Of a stretch of DNA of 64,000 bases, positions 47,899 to 58,668 are shown one piece after another. Below the pieces are notes generated by a model. The model was not told the origin of the DNA, searched no databases, and was given only the letters and a program-made list of their open reading frames with translations. Every line of letters starts with the position of its first letter. The first letter of the stretch is position 1. This stretch comes from a virus. The position numbers and the translations under genes were made by a program. The stretch is from the IMG/VR virus record IMGVR_UViG_3300025000_002059, positions 23,960 to 87,959 of that record, one strand, 5' to 3'.

Positions 47899-48257
47899 TC
47901 AACCGAGCTGAGAGCACCATGAGAAGCGAACGAACCATGGAACAAGAAAAAAGCGTTATGTAGAAGTGAGCCAAATTTAAAGAGTGTACCAATGAACATG
48001 AACGAACCAAAAGGTCGGACTGAAACAATTCAAAAGAGTGAGCTATCTTGAATGGATTGAGACATTGAATGGGAGCGAACCAAAATCATTAAAAAATCAT
48101 GTTTAGTGAGTGAGCCAAACGAATGGAGAGCACCGCATTATAAGAGCGAACCATATAGATGGAGAATCCCAAATAGCAAGAAGTGAGCCAATACTCCTGA
48201 GAGTACCACATTCCGAGAGCGAGCCATGACGATGAGATAAACATTAGAAGGTGAGCG
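47897..48257 (+). repeat. TIGR-type array 6 (10 units) between pseB and the ParB-MT-A70 gene
   Basis: e.g. AGTGAGCCA ATACTCCTG AGAGTACCA CATTCCGAG AGCGAGCCA. Confidence 0.9.
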
Positions 48258-48258
48258 T

Positions 48259-49464
48259 TTGATTTTGAATCAAATTATAATTGATGAAGAATTTAAAGGT
48301 TTGTGCCCGGCGCTTTCAGCAGAAGAGCGGAAGCAACTGGAGAAAAACATCATCGAGGAAGGATGCCGGGATGCCTTAGTAATCTGGAAAAACATAATCA
48401 TTGATGGGCATAATCGATATGAAATTTGTATTCGAAATTCTATTGAATATAAGACGGTCGAAATGGATTTTCCAGATAGGGAATCAGTAATTGATTGGAT
48501 AATTAATAATCAATTAGGGAGAAGGAATTTAACGAAGGAAGCCCAGAGCTATTTAAGAGGTTTGCAATATTCGAGGGAAAAGAAGAAACCGGGAGCACCC
48601 GAAGGAAACAAAAATGCAGAAAAACAAATAGATAATAATTTATCAATTGTTTCTGGTAATTCCACTGCTCAAAGACTAGCGGAACAACACAATGTCACCC
48701 ATCAAACGATAAAAAATGATGAAAAATATGCCAAAGCAATCGATACCATAACCGAGGAATTAGGCGAAGATGTAAAGGAAAAAATACTTAGCCATGAAAT
48801 TAATGTTACCAAGAAAGACATAGCACAACTAGCAAAGTGGGAATCGGAACAACGACAAAAAGTTATTGCCATGATCGTAAAACAAGAAGCAAAAGGTGTC
48901 AGGGATGCGATTATTAGACTAAATAAAGAAAAAGCCAAGGCATTAAATGAGACGCCAATCGCCACACCTAAAGGAAAATATAAAGTCATAGAAATTGATC
49001 CACCATGGAAAATGAATGGAGAAGAAGCAAAATCACAAGTTATGCAATATCCACTAATGGACATGGAAGAACTTAAAAAATTAAAAAGTGTTATTGATGA
49101 GATGGCAGACGAAAACTGTCATCTTTATTTATGGGCAATAAATCCCATGCTACCCGAAGCTTTTGAACTTATGGAAGTATGGGGTTTTAAATATAAAACA
49201 TGTATTACATGGATTAAATCTAATGGATTTGGGACTGGTCATTATTTTAGAGGACAGACCGAGCATGTTTTATTTGGTATAAGAGGAAAATTAAATACTT
49301 TGGAAAATGATCAAGCAAACTATTTAGAAGCACCAAGAACAAAACATTCAGAAAAACCGGAAAAATTTTATGAAATAGTTGAACGAATGTCTCCTGAACC
49401 AAGGATTCGTTTATTTGCAAGAGCACAGAGAGATGGCTGGGTGTCATGGGGGAATGAGATATGA
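48259..49464 (+). CDS. ParB-like N-domain plus MT-A70 adenine methyltransferase
   Basis: IIDGHNRYEIC, NQLGRRNL; IDPPW, HLYLW, HSEKP. Confidence 0.9.
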   Translation: MILNQIIIDEEFKGLCPALSAEERKQLEKNIIEEGCRDALVIWKNIIIDGHNRYEICIRNSIEYKTVEMDFPDRESVIDWIINNQLGRRNLTKEAQSYLRGLQYSREKKKPGAPEGNKNAEKQIDNNLSIVSGNSTAQRLAEQHNVTHQTIKNDEKYAKAIDTITEELGEDVKEKILSHEINVTKKDIAQLAKWESEQRQKVIAMIVKQEAKGVRDAIIRLNKEKAKALNETPIATPKGKYKVIEIDPPWKMNGEEAKSQVMQYPLMDMEELKKLKSVIDEMADENCHLYLWAINPMLPEAFELMEVWGFKYKTCITWIKSNGFGTGHYFRGQTEHVLFGIRGKLNTLENDQANYLEAPRTKHSEKPEKFYEIVERMSPEPRIRLFARAQRDGWVSWGNEI

Positions 49465-49829
49465 CGATTGAAAATCGAGATGCATATATGAATAATATAT
49501 GGGATTGGAAAATTCTTGATGGATGCTTTGGGAGTACTAGTATAAAACCAATGGATATAGATGGTCATGTTGAAAGAAAAGGAAAGCATTTATTTATAGA
49601 GACAAAGTCTCCCAATGTTCCTGTAAAAACTGGGCAATGGCTTTCGTTTAAGAGTCTTGTTGAAAATCATGGTTTTATGGGAATAATCGTTTGGGGATCT
49701 AAAGATGTGCCAGAAGAAATGCAGGTTTTGTATCCGAATAAACCTGTTGAAGAATCGCAAAAACGAAAAGCTGATATCATTGATCTTCGGAGAGTTGTAT
49801 CGTGGTGGTTCGATAAAGTTGATAATTAA
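49461..49829 (+). CDS. PD-(D/E)XK-like hypothetical nuclease
   Basis: DIDG..ERKG..LFIETK......GQ. Confidence 0.5.
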   Translation: MTIENRDAYMNNIWDWKILDGCFGSTSIKPMDIDGHVERKGKHLFIETKSPNVPVKTGQWLSFKSLVENHGFMGIIVWGSKDVPEEMQVLYPNKPVEESQKRKADIIDLRRVVSWWFDKVDN

Positions 49830-49844
49830 GAAGGGGAGAGGAAC

Positions 49845-50927
49845 ATGATTCCCTATGCAAGACACAAACTGCAGGCCGAAGACATGATGGAAGTCTTAAG
49901 AATACTTCAAAGTCCAAGCATCACCCAAGGACCGATGATCGAATGGTTTGAGGATGTATTCAGGAAATCGGTCGGAGCGAACTATGCCATAGCGGTAACG
50001 AGCGGGACCGCAGCACTTCATGCGGCACTCATGGCAGCCGAGATCGGACCGGGCGATGAAGTAATAGTGCCATCAATGACCTTTGTCGCAACGGCAAACG
50101 CTGTCAGATACCTTAATGCAATTCCAGTATTCGCAGACGTTGACGAAGAAACGCTGCTTATTAATTACCAAGATGTCGAGTCAAAAATAACCCAAAAGAC
50201 AAAAGCAATTATAACGATGGATTATGCTGGGCAGCCAGCAGATTATGATGAATTCAGAGAACTAGCTGACAGGTACCATTTAATATTAATAGCTGATGCC
50301 TGCCATTCACTGGGAGCAACATATAAAGACGAAAAGGTAGGAACGCTGGCCGATTTGAATTGCTTTAGCTTACACGCCACCAAGCTTATAACGAGTGGTG
50401 AAGGTGGAGTCATAACAACACCTTATAAAAAATATTACGACCGGATGCGAGCATTTAGAGATCATGGAAGAGTTAATGGTGAGATGCAGTATCTGGGATT
50501 TAATTATAGAATGACAAACTTTCAAGCTGGCCTATGTATTCACCAGATCGAACGAATAGAAAGTCTTGTAGAGAAGAGACAAGAACTAGCCAATATTTAT
50601 GAAGATGCACTAAAAGATTTAGACATTAGATTATTAAAACAGAAGGAAGACAGAATAAGTGCCCGGCACATATTTGTAATTAAGACAGATTTTCAGAAAG
50701 AATTTATAGTCAAGTTATCCGATTATGGAATCGGAACTCAAATTCATTATAAGCCAGTCAATCTACAACCGTTTTATAATAGTCCGGGATCGACACCGAT
50801 CGCAGAAAACATGTGGACAAAGATGATTACAATCCCACTTTATACGGAATTGAGTGATGAAGAACAAATAACTGTTATAAGAGCGCTCCATACTGCAGAT
50901 GCCAAACATAAGAAAGAAGATAGATAG
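49845..50927 (+). CDS. pseC: PseC/DegT-family sugar aminotransferase
   Basis: MIPYARH, SGTAALH, DACHSLGA, FSLHATK.ITSGEGG. Confidence 0.85.
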   Translation: MIPYARHKLQAEDMMEVLRILQSPSITQGPMIEWFEDVFRKSVGANYAIAVTSGTAALHAALMAAEIGPGDEVIVPSMTFVATANAVRYLNAIPVFADVDEETLLINYQDVESKITQKTKAIITMDYAGQPADYDEFRELADRYHLILIADACHSLGATYKDEKVGTLADLNCFSLHATKLITSGEGGVITTPYKKYYDRMRAFRDHGRVNGEMQYLGFNYRMTNFQAGLCIHQIERIESLVEKRQELANIYEDALKDLDIRLLKQKEDRISARHIFVIKTDFQKEFIVKLSDYGIGTQIHYKPVNLQPFYNSPGSTPIAENMWTKMITIPLYTELSDEEQITVIRALHTADAKHKKEDR

Positions 50928-50970
50928 AACGAGCAAATCGTTCTCTTTTTGTTTGGAGGGGGAATTTAAT

Positions 50971-51552
50971 ATGGCAAAGATGACGGAAGAACAACAGAAG
51001 TTGGTAGAAGATAACATAAATCTAGCCCGGTACATGGCAATAAAATGGGTTAAACAAGGAGTTAGAAATTTTGAATACGATGAAATATTTTCGATGTTTT
51101 CATATGCGCTTTGTAAGGCAGCAAAGAGCTATGATTCGTTGAGAGGTGCGAGTTTTGCAACTTATGCTGCACGGTGTATGGATAACGAAATCAAAATGGG
51201 ATTCAGGAAAAAAGGTAGAAACGGCGGAGAAGATTCACAAACGAATTTTGAAGATCCGATCCATGTTGATACTGAAGGAAATCCTTTAACATTGAATGAT
51301 GTTTTCGCTAATAATGATCACATGGAATACGACAAAGTCATAGATACAATGTACGCGAAGGAAGCATTTAAGATATTGCGACCAAGAGAAGTTCAAATCT
51401 TGAAAAAGAAATTCTTTGAAGACACAACCCAGCGGGAAACAGCGAACAGTATGAATATTTCCCAGTCATACGTCAGCCGATTAGAGAAAAGAATTCTTAG
51501 AAAATTACATGACTGGGATAAAGATTTAAATAAAACACAGGAAGTATCCTGA
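50971..51552 (+). CDS. Sporulation-type sigma factor (SigE/SigK-like, no pro-peptide)
   Basis: FATYAARCMDNEI.M, D.EGN.LTL.D, TQRE.A....ISQSYVSRLEKRIL. Confidence 0.88.
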   Translation: MAKMTEEQQKLVEDNINLARYMAIKWVKQGVRNFEYDEIFSMFSYALCKAAKSYDSLRGASFATYAARCMDNEIKMGFRKKGRNGGEDSQTNFEDPIHVDTEGNPLTLNDVFANNDHMEYDKVIDTMYAKEAFKILRPREVQILKKKFFEDTTQRETANSMNISQSYVSRLEKRILRKLHDWDKDLNKTQEVS

Positions 51553-51577
51553 AATATTTAGCGGGGGTAAAATTCAT

Positions 51578-52651
51578 TTGAAGATTATAAGTGATCTAAA
51601 AAAGACGATTTCAATTGCCCATAAAAAAATCGGAGAGAATAGTCCGGTTTTCATTGTTGCAGAAACTGGTGTAACAGCGAACGGATCCGTAGACATTGCC
51701 AAGGCATTGATCGACGAAGCAAAACTGGCCGGAGCCGATGCTGTTAAATTTCAGACAATCGACTGCGACGATTTCATGAGCGATAAAAGCGTGATGTACA
51801 AATATGAGACAACGGACGGTCCCAAGGAAGAGAATATGTACGAGATGCTAAAGAAGCATCAATTCACTCCACAGGAACTGATCGAGATCAGCGACTACGC
51901 AAAGGAACGAGACATCATATTCTATTTGTCTGTAGATTCTATCCGGAGCGTTGACTGGGCAGAAGCAGCCGGATCAGCAGCCTACAAAATCGGATCATGG
52001 GACTTAAGGAATTATCCACTAATCGAAAAAGTCATAAGCACTGGAAAATCTATACAGATTGATTTAGGACCGGTTATTATTGGAGAAATTACCCAATTAG
52101 TTGACTATCTGGACGAGCGGGGAGCCAAGGAAGCCGTGCTCGTTTATTGCAGCCACGCCAGTGAAATAGAGAACTTAAACTTGCAGAGCATAACATACCT
52201 AAGTGAAGCGCTGGGAATTCCAATGGGATACTCAGCGGACACCCGGAACATCATACCAGATGTTATAGCCGTTACTTTAGGTGTAAAATTCATCGAGAAA
52301 AGATTGACGATCAGCCGCAACAATCCGGGTCACCATCACATAAAAGCGCTTGAGCCTATAGAATTCAGGGAATGGGTCCAAGCGATCAGAAAAGCAGAAA
52401 AAGCACTAGGAAAAAAACAACTCAAGCCATCGATTGAAGACTTGCGCGGGAAGAGTTCATACTTCACCAGCATCGTAGCAACCAGAGACATAATAGAGAA
52501 TGAGACGATAACTAAGGATATGCTGTGTGCCAAACGACCGGGAACCGGGATATCGCCATTATATATTGACCAAATGATCGGCAGGAAGACAAAGCGATTG
52601 ATCAAGGAAAATGAAGTCATCCAGTGGGAGGATTGGGGAGCTTTTGCATGA
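51578..52651 (+). CDS. NeuB/PseI-family nonulosonic acid synthase 1 (SAF domain)
   Basis: FIVAE.G, GADAVKFQ, KIGS, KRPGTGI; several catalytic-site motifs are divergent. Confidence 0.85.
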   Translation: MKIISDLKKTISIAHKKIGENSPVFIVAETGVTANGSVDIAKALIDEAKLAGADAVKFQTIDCDDFMSDKSVMYKYETTDGPKEENMYEMLKKHQFTPQELIEISDYAKERDIIFYLSVDSIRSVDWAEAAGSAAYKIGSWDLRNYPLIEKVISTGKSIQIDLGPVIIGEITQLVDYLDERGAKEAVLVYCSHASEIENLNLQSITYLSEALGIPMGYSADTRNIIPDVIAVTLGVKFIEKRLTISRNNPGHHHIKALEPIEFREWVQAIRKAEKALGKKQLKPSIEDLRGKSSYFTSIVATRDIIENETITKDMLCAKRPGTGISPLYIDQMIGRKTKRLIKENEVIQWEDWGAFA

Positions 52652-53679
52652 TTATCGACATTGACGGAAAAGTGATAAGCAAACGATACCCGCCTTTTTT
52701 GATCGCTGAAACAGGCTTGAACCATAATGGAAAGATTGACCTAGTCTATCGCATGATTGCTGTAGCGAAAGCAGCCGGAGTCGATGCAATAAAATTCCAA
52801 ACTTATAAAACTGACGAATTCTGTAACCGAGATTCGGAACTTTATGAAATATTCAAGGAATGCGAGCTTAGGCAGGATGACTGGGAGTCCATCAAGAAAA
52901 TGTGTGATGACCTCAAAATCACATTCCTTTCAACGCCACAAAATTATTCTGACTTAGAAATACTTTTGAAGCTGGGTATGAAGGCGATAAAGATAGGGGC
53001 GGACGATCTAAATAATATCCCATTAATCCGGCAGTATGCCCAGAGCAGACTACCGATTATTTTATCGTGTGGCATGGCTTACGGAGTCGAGATAGAAGGG
53101 GCCATTAATACCATCAATAGAGATTATCAAAATTACCCAATTATTTTATTACATTGCACATCACTATATCCGGCAGAAGCAAGAGATGTAAGCATCAAAA
53201 AGCTAGGGACCATCGCCAGATCATATCCAAATTGCATAACGGGTTATTCAGATCACACGGTCGGAAACACTGCAGCCGTGATGGCTGTCGCGCTAGGAGC
53301 GAAAGTATTCGAGACGCACTTCACGCTAGACAATGAAATGTTGGGTCCGGATCATAAATTCAGTAAAAATCCGAACGATCTGAAAGATTGGGTCAAGGCA
53401 ATCCGGCAAGCACACATGATGCTGGGACAGCCAGAACTAAAGCCAACCGAGAAGGAACACGAAATGCGGCGTATGGCTAGGCGCAGCTTAACAGCACTAG
53501 AAGATATAGAAAAGGACGAAATATTCACCAAACAGAATGTTGGGCTTAGGAGGCCGGGGACAGGAATTCCGCCAGCTTCCCTGAGCATTTATATCGGGGC
53601 AACGGCAAGTAGAAAAATACATGCTGGGGAGCAATTACAGAGAGACGATATTATTCATTCCAGAGAGAAGGAGGAATAA
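52648..53679 (+). CDS. neuB: NeuB/PseI-family nonulosonic acid synthase 2
   Basis: AETGLNHNG, LHCTSLYP, GYSDHT, HFTLD, RRPGTGI. Confidence 0.9.
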   Translation: MIIDIDGKVISKRYPPFLIAETGLNHNGKIDLVYRMIAVAKAAGVDAIKFQTYKTDEFCNRDSELYEIFKECELRQDDWESIKKMCDDLKITFLSTPQNYSDLEILLKLGMKAIKIGADDLNNIPLIRQYAQSRLPIILSCGMAYGVEIEGAINTINRDYQNYPIILLHCTSLYPAEARDVSIKKLGTIARSYPNCITGYSDHTVGNTAAVMAVALGAKVFETHFTLDNEMLGPDHKFSKNPNDLKDWVKAIRQAHMMLGQPELKPTEKEHEMRRMARRSLTALEDIEKDEIFTKQNVGLRRPGTGIPPASLSIYIGATASRKIHAGEQLQRDDIIHSREKEE

Positions 53680-53683
53680 GGGA

Positions 53684-53989
53684 ATGGAAGAAACTATTGG
53701 TTTTGGTTCGGAATTGGGGAATGAAGTATTAAAGAGGTTAAATAATAAACGGAAAATTAATGACTATTGCCTTAATATGGCAGTATCTAAATGCCAAGTT
53801 TCTCTGGCTAAATTCGATTTAATGGAGCATACGGTACGAAATATGATCGGAATGATGCAGGAGAAAGTAGAGAGTGAAAATTCGATGGAAGAAGGAACGT
53901 TTATATACATGACCAAGAGCGAGAAGACAACTGAAGATGAAATTCTAATAACATTAACAGCTGAAGTGTATATCTTGGATGTGAGTTAA
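53684..53989 (+). CDS. Hypothetical protein
   Basis: Start after GGAGG. Confidence 0.5.
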   Translation: MEETIGFGSELGNEVLKRLNNKRKINDYCLNMAVSKCQVSLAKFDLMEHTVRNMIGMMQEKVESENSMEEGTFIYMTKSEKTTEDEILITLTAEVYILDVS

Positions 53990-54442
53990 ATGGGGAGTTC
54001 GAAAATACTAGAGATGCAGTTATACGCACTCCTAAAGCTGACGAAGAACGATTTTCATCCATTGGTCATTGTTACCGGGGAACCAGAGATAGGTGAGAAC
54101 GTTTATATCGGAGCACTATCGGAGATTAATGCCAAAGATTGCAAAGTAAAAATCGGAAAAAACTGTGATATAGCATCCTTTGTGGCGATCAATGCAGCCG
54201 ATTCACACAAAGAATGCATTGGACTAGCAAAGAAGAATGAGCGGAAAAATATCACGATTGGAAGCAACGTATTCATTGGTTCTCATTCCGTTATTAAGGG
54301 AGGCGCTAAGATCGGGCACCATTCAGTGATCGCAGCCGGGACCATTGTCGATGAATGCAAAATACCTCCCTATTCCCTAGTATGCGGAAATCCAATGGTG
54401 GTAAAGGAAGGCTATTATGAAAAAAATAAGAATTCCCCATAA
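53990..54442 (+). CDS. Left-handed beta-helix acyltransferase
   Basis: Hexapeptide repeats IG.NV.IG; IPPYSLVCGNP. Confidence 0.85.
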   Translation: MGSSKILEMQLYALLKLTKNDFHPLVIVTGEPEIGENVYIGALSEINAKDCKVKIGKNCDIASFVAINAADSHKECIGLAKKNERKNITIGSNVFIGSHSVIKGGAKIGHHSVIAAGTIVDECKIPPYSLVCGNPMVVKEGYYEKNKNSP

Positions 54443-55388
54443 TAGACCAACATTGGGAAAAGAAGAAGTCCGGGCAGCAGCCCGCATTATTGATTCAGGA
54501 TGGATCGCGCAAGGATGGGAAGTACAAGGATTCGAGAAGGATTTATGTGAATTCCTTAATCTTCCATACGGTCATGCGATTATGGTGAGCTCCGGTACCG
54601 CAGCACTATATATCGCCATAAAACACATTCGACTTCAAAATATATCATATCCAATTTATTCATGTTCATCCGTTCGAAACGCTATTATTATGGCAAATTG
54701 CATCCCAATAGCCGAAGACCTGAAAACGATCAATAACTCAGATATTGTTGTCCATACATTCGGAATCCCGGAAACGAGGGATAGTCGAACGAACTATATC
54801 GAGGATGCAGCACAGGCATTAGGCGCGAAAATAGAGAATCAGTTCGTCGGAACGATTGGAACCTATGGAGTGTTTTCATTTTCAGCGACAAAGATTATAA
54901 CGAGCGGTGGGCAAGGCGGAGCTATCGTATCGAGAAACAAGGCAATCATTGATGATATAAGGGATTATCGTCAATTTGATATGCGCAAAGACATGAAAGC
55001 CCGGTTCAACTTTCAAATGACCGACATTAATGCGGCGATCGGGCGTGTGCAATTAAGAAAGCTTAAATTCTTCTTGGAGCGGAGAGAAGAGATATTCAAG
55101 AAATATCAGGACGCAGGATTTAATTTATTACAGAGCAGGGATGCAGCCAAGACGGATGTCAGGTATCGAGCGATTCTAAAGACGGACAAAGCCGAACAGA
55201 TCATAGAAGCATTAGCCGAGCAGGGAATCAGAGCAATTATTCCCATAGAGGAAAGCGAACTGCTAGGTGAAAAGGAACAATTTCCAAAGGCCCTTCAGAA
55301 AACGAAGGGCACACTATCATTACCAATATATCCAACACTAAGTAACAAGGAAGTTGAATTAATCATATCGGTGGTGCAAAAATATTGA
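54417..55388 (+). CDS. DegT/DnrJ/EryC1/StrS aminotransferase
   Basis: SSGTAAL, IEDAAQALG, FSATK.ITSGGQGG, SLPIYP. Confidence 0.88.
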   Translation: MKKIRIPHNRPTLGKEEVRAAARIIDSGWIAQGWEVQGFEKDLCEFLNLPYGHAIMVSSGTAALYIAIKHIRLQNISYPIYSCSSVRNAIIMANCIPIAEDLKTINNSDIVVHTFGIPETRDSRTNYIEDAAQALGAKIENQFVGTIGTYGVFSFSATKIITSGGQGGAIVSRNKAIIDDIRDYRQFDMRKDMKARFNFQMTDINAAIGRVQLRKLKFFLERREEIFKKYQDAGFNLLQSRDAAKTDVRYRAILKTDKAEQIIEALAEQGIRAIIPIEESELLGEKEQFPKALQKTKGTLSLPIYPTLSNKEVELIISVVQKY

Positions 55389-56113
55389 AGGTATTGAGTG
55401 CTCATCAACCCACATACTTGCCATATCTTGGACTATTCCATAAGGTAGCATTGGCAGATGAATTTATTCATTTTGATCAAGTCCAATATTGCAGCAGGGA
55501 TTGGATTAATAGAAACAGGATTAAAATTAATGGAGGTGGATTCTTGTGGCTTACAGTGCCAGTATTGAAGTCTGGGCACCGGGAGAAGACGATCGCTGAA
55601 ATGGAGATTAACAACAGTATGCGATGGAGAGATAAACATTGGAAATCTATTTATCTAGCCTATAAAAAATCAAAATATTTCAAGGACTACGCTGATTTCT
55701 TCCGGGAGACTTATCAGATCGAATGGAAATACATCGCGGACTTAAACAAGCACATCTTTAATTGGTTTCTTCAAGTGTTCGAGATCAAAACAAAGATAAG
55801 AGAAGCCAGTGAATTTAATTTTCAAGGAGCCAAGAGCGATCTGGTTCTTGATATGTGCAAGAAAAGAAAAGCAGATCTTTATATTTTCGGATCGGAAGGA
55901 AGAAGCTACGCTGACATTTCATCATTTGAGCGGGCGGATATAAAGCCGTACTTCCAAAAATATGAATACCCAGCGTATTCACAGCTTCATGGTGAGTTTA
56001 TTCCTTATATGAGCGGGATAGATTTAATCTTTAACGAAGGACCAAATGCAAAATATATATTTATGCAAGGAAATGACACAAGAGAAAATATGTGTGGGGG
56101 AATTAGATGCTAA
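55385..56113 (+). CDS. WbqC-like protein
   Basis: HQPTYLPYLGLF, NRNRIK, WLTVPV, Y.Q....FIP.MS.IDLIFN.G. Confidence 0.9.
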   Translation: MKVLSAHQPTYLPYLGLFHKVALADEFIHFDQVQYCSRDWINRNRIKINGGGFLWLTVPVLKSGHREKTIAEMEINNSMRWRDKHWKSIYLAYKKSKYFKDYADFFRETYQIEWKYIADLNKHIFNWFLQVFEIKTKIREASEFNFQGAKSDLVLDMCKKRKADLYIFGSEGRSYADISSFERADIKPYFQKYEYPAYSQLHGEFIPYMSGIDLIFNEGPNAKYIFMQGNDTRENMCGGIRC

Positions 56114-56790
56114 AGTTATTCAAAGAATGTCCCATACCAGAGAAGGAAATCATGTCAAACCTTAATCTTTTTATCAAACGTCAACAATTAACAAGAGTCA
56201 TGTTCATGTACGAGTTATACAAAAAAATCCTGCCATTGCACGGAAATATCATTGAATTTGGAGTTCGATGGGGGCAAGACTTAGTGCTTTTCGAGTGCTT
56301 CAGGGGAATGCTCGAACCATTCAATTATACAAGAAAGATCATCGGATTTGATACGTTCGCAGGATTTCCCAGTGTGACAGAAAATGATCCACATGCCAAA
56401 ATTGGTGATATGGGAGTTACCGAAGGTTATGAAATTTACCTTGATAATTTACTCGATCAGCACGAAAAGGAAAGCCCAATAAGCCAGATCCGGAAACACA
56501 GTCTGGTCAAAGGAGATGTTGTTCAGACGCTTCCTCGATATTTCCATGAACATCAGGAAACGATTATAGCGCTTGCTTACTTTGATTTTGATATCTATGA
56601 GCCTACCAGAATAGCCTTAGAGTTCTGTAAAGATCGACTAATGAAAGGATCAGTCATCGCGTTTGATGAAGCCAATAACGAAAACTGGCCGGGAGAAACG
56701 CTGGCGATTCGTGGTGCTCTTGGAATTGAGAATATTAAACTTGAACGATTCCCATGGTGTCCAACGATGAGTTATATGGTGGTGGAATGA
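56107..56790 (+). CDS. TylF/NovP-like O-methyltransferase
   Basis: EFGVRWG, GFDTF.GFP, D.DIYEPT, FDE. Confidence 0.8.
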   Translation: MLKLFKECPIPEKEIMSNLNLFIKRQQLTRVMFMYELYKKILPLHGNIIEFGVRWGQDLVLFECFRGMLEPFNYTRKIIGFDTFAGFPSVTENDPHAKIGDMGVTEGYEIYLDNLLDQHEKESPISQIRKHSLVKGDVVQTLPRYFHEHQETIIALAYFDFDIYEPTRIALEFCKDRLMKGSVIAFDEANNENWPGETLAIRGALGIENIKLERFPWCPTMSYMVVE

Positions 56791-57476
56791 TGTTTTCAAA
56801 GGAATGGGAAAACAGATTCAGCCAAGGGAAAAGCCAGTCGACATTTCCATGGACGGACCTAATCAGATATGCGAACAAATTCGGAAAGCCAAGATGGGGA
56901 AATAAAGTCTTGGAACTTGGACCGGGGATAGGGGCAAACATACCATTCTTTCTAGGAAGGGGTATGGATTACTACGCAATCGAGGGAAGCGAATCAGCAG
57001 TAAGATCAATTTTATCCAGATATCCTGAACTTGAAGACAAAGTAATCGTCGGAGACTTTACGCAAAGTCTCTTTTTTGATGGGAAATTTAACATGATCGT
57101 CGATCGAAGTTCAGTCACCCACAACGATACAAAGAGCATTCAGAATACGCTAAAATTGGCAGCAGAAAAACTGGAAGACGATGGACGGTTTATAGGGATT
57201 GATTGGTTTTCATGGGACCACAACGAACGCAGGACCGGGAAAGTTAAAGTGGATGATCCATATACTTATGTTTTTGATTCGGGAAAATTTGAGGAATGTG
57301 GAAGTGTTCATTTCAGTACAGGTGAGCATATCTTTAAACTCTTCAAAGATGCAGGAATGATGTTAGAAATGCTTGAGCACAAGACCATACATCCAAGTAC
57401 CATCGTGAGAAATAAAGTGTCTAGCACTCAAGAAGGAGAAGCGACATGGAATCTATCCGCAAGGAGAAAATTATGA
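56787..57476 (+). CDS. Class I SAM-dependent methyltransferase
   Basis: VLELGPGIGAN, VGDF, DRSSVTHN. Confidence 0.85.
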   Translation: MMFSKEWENRFSQGKSQSTFPWTDLIRYANKFGKPRWGNKVLELGPGIGANIPFFLGRGMDYYAIEGSESAVRSILSRYPELEDKVIVGDFTQSLFFDGKFNMIVDRSSVTHNDTKSIQNTLKLAAEKLEDDGRFIGIDWFSWDHNERRTGKVKVDDPYTYVFDSGKFEECGSVHFSTGEHIFKLFKDAGMMLEMLEHKTIHPSTIVRNKVSSTQEGEATWNLSARRKL

Positions 57477-57730
57477 AAAACTTTAGATTAGGTAGATTTG
57501 AAATTCCAAGAGATGTAATGCTTGATACAACAGAAATTGCTATCGCAATCACAAATGGAATGCTTATCATTCGTGCGGAAATGATGTTCAATACTGATTC
57601 TGTAGAGTATACGGCGATATCACCCATGTTTGATGAGATAGAGAATGGAACAATACCTCCAAGCTATGAGATCATCGTGGAAAAGAAGGATGATGAAATC
57701 AAAGTCAAAGCAATAAGGAAAAGTCCATGA
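57473..57730 (+). CDS. Hypothetical phage protein
   Basis: AAGGAG RBS; SPMFDEI..G...P.Y. Confidence 0.55.
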   Translation: MKNFRLGRFEIPRDVMLDTTEIAIAITNGMLIIRAEMMFNTDSVEYTAISPMFDEIENGTIPPSYEIIVEKKDDEIKVKAIRKSP

Positions 57731-58428
57731 AGACATTAGCGATTATCCCGGCTAGAAGTGGATCAAAGAGACTGGTTCAGAAAAATATGAGAGAAATTAA
57801 TGGGCAGAGTTTACTGGCCCATGCAATTGATACTGCTATCCAAAGCGATGTGTTCTCAGAAATCGTTGTATCGAGCGATTCGAAAGATATATTGGAGAGC
57901 GTCCAACACTTTAATAAAATCGTTTACCATCTTAGGCCACCGAGTCTGAGTGGAGACACGGCTAAACTGAAGACGCTTGTCAGATATCTCATGGAACTTT
58001 ATGCAGCTGAAGAAAACAAGTTCGATATTGTCGCATTGATTATACCGACTTCACCACTTCGGAGATCCGAAGATTTGAGAACGGCAGCGGCACTCATGCG
58101 AAAGAACTATGACAAAATCAATGGAGTCATGAGTGTAGTAAACATGGATCACCCACCGCAGCATACTTTCAGAATTGATTATCAGGGATACATTCAGGCG
58201 ATGTACCCAGAATTCATGGACACGCAATCCCAATTCTTAGAGCAGACATACATACACGATGGCACAATTATCTTCGTAAAGACAGAAAGCTTTCTGAAAT
58301 ATGAAGATTTTTATATGCCAAATGTGATGCCTTATTATATCAATCCGGAAAGATCCATTGACATAAACACTGAATTTGATTTAAAAATAGCTGAATTTTT
58401 AATGGGGGGAAGGAAAAGTGGGAGATAA
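57727..58428 (+). CDS. neuA: Acylneuraminate cytidylyltransferase (NeuA/PseF)
   Basis: IIPARSGSKRL..KN, PTSPLR, SIDINT..D. Confidence 0.92.
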   Translation: MKTLAIIPARSGSKRLVQKNMREINGQSLLAHAIDTAIQSDVFSEIVVSSDSKDILESVQHFNKIVYHLRPPSLSGDTAKLKTLVRYLMELYAAEENKFDIVALIIPTSPLRRSEDLRTAAALMRKNYDKINGVMSVVNMDHPPQHTFRIDYQGYIQAMYPEFMDTQSQFLEQTYIHDGTIIFVKTESFLKYEDFYMPNVMPYYINPERSIDINTEFDLKIAEFLMGGRKSGR

Positions 58429-58648
58429 GTGGGATCGAAAGACCGGATTCTGCTGTGCAACATGTGCATTCTATGCGCCTAAGACTTTAGAGATCGGACG
58501 ATGCCGAAGAAACGCACCAACGATGAATGGCTATCCTGTTGTTTATGCAAACCACGATTGGTGTGGGGACCACAAACTAGACACCAATCCCAGTAGGGTA
58601 AGATTTGAAGAACAGCAGAAGGAAGTTCAGCCAGAATATAATATTTGA
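58418..58648 (+). CDS. Small Cys-rich phage protein
   Basis: CATC.FY...GRCRR.AP...YPVV...DWCGDH. Confidence 0.6.
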   Translation: MGDKWDRKTGFCCATCAFYAPKTLEIGRCRRNAPTMNGYPVVYANHDWCGDHKLDTNPSRVRFEEQQKEVQPEYNI

Positions 58649-58668
58649 GTCTGGAAAGAAGTGGATAT

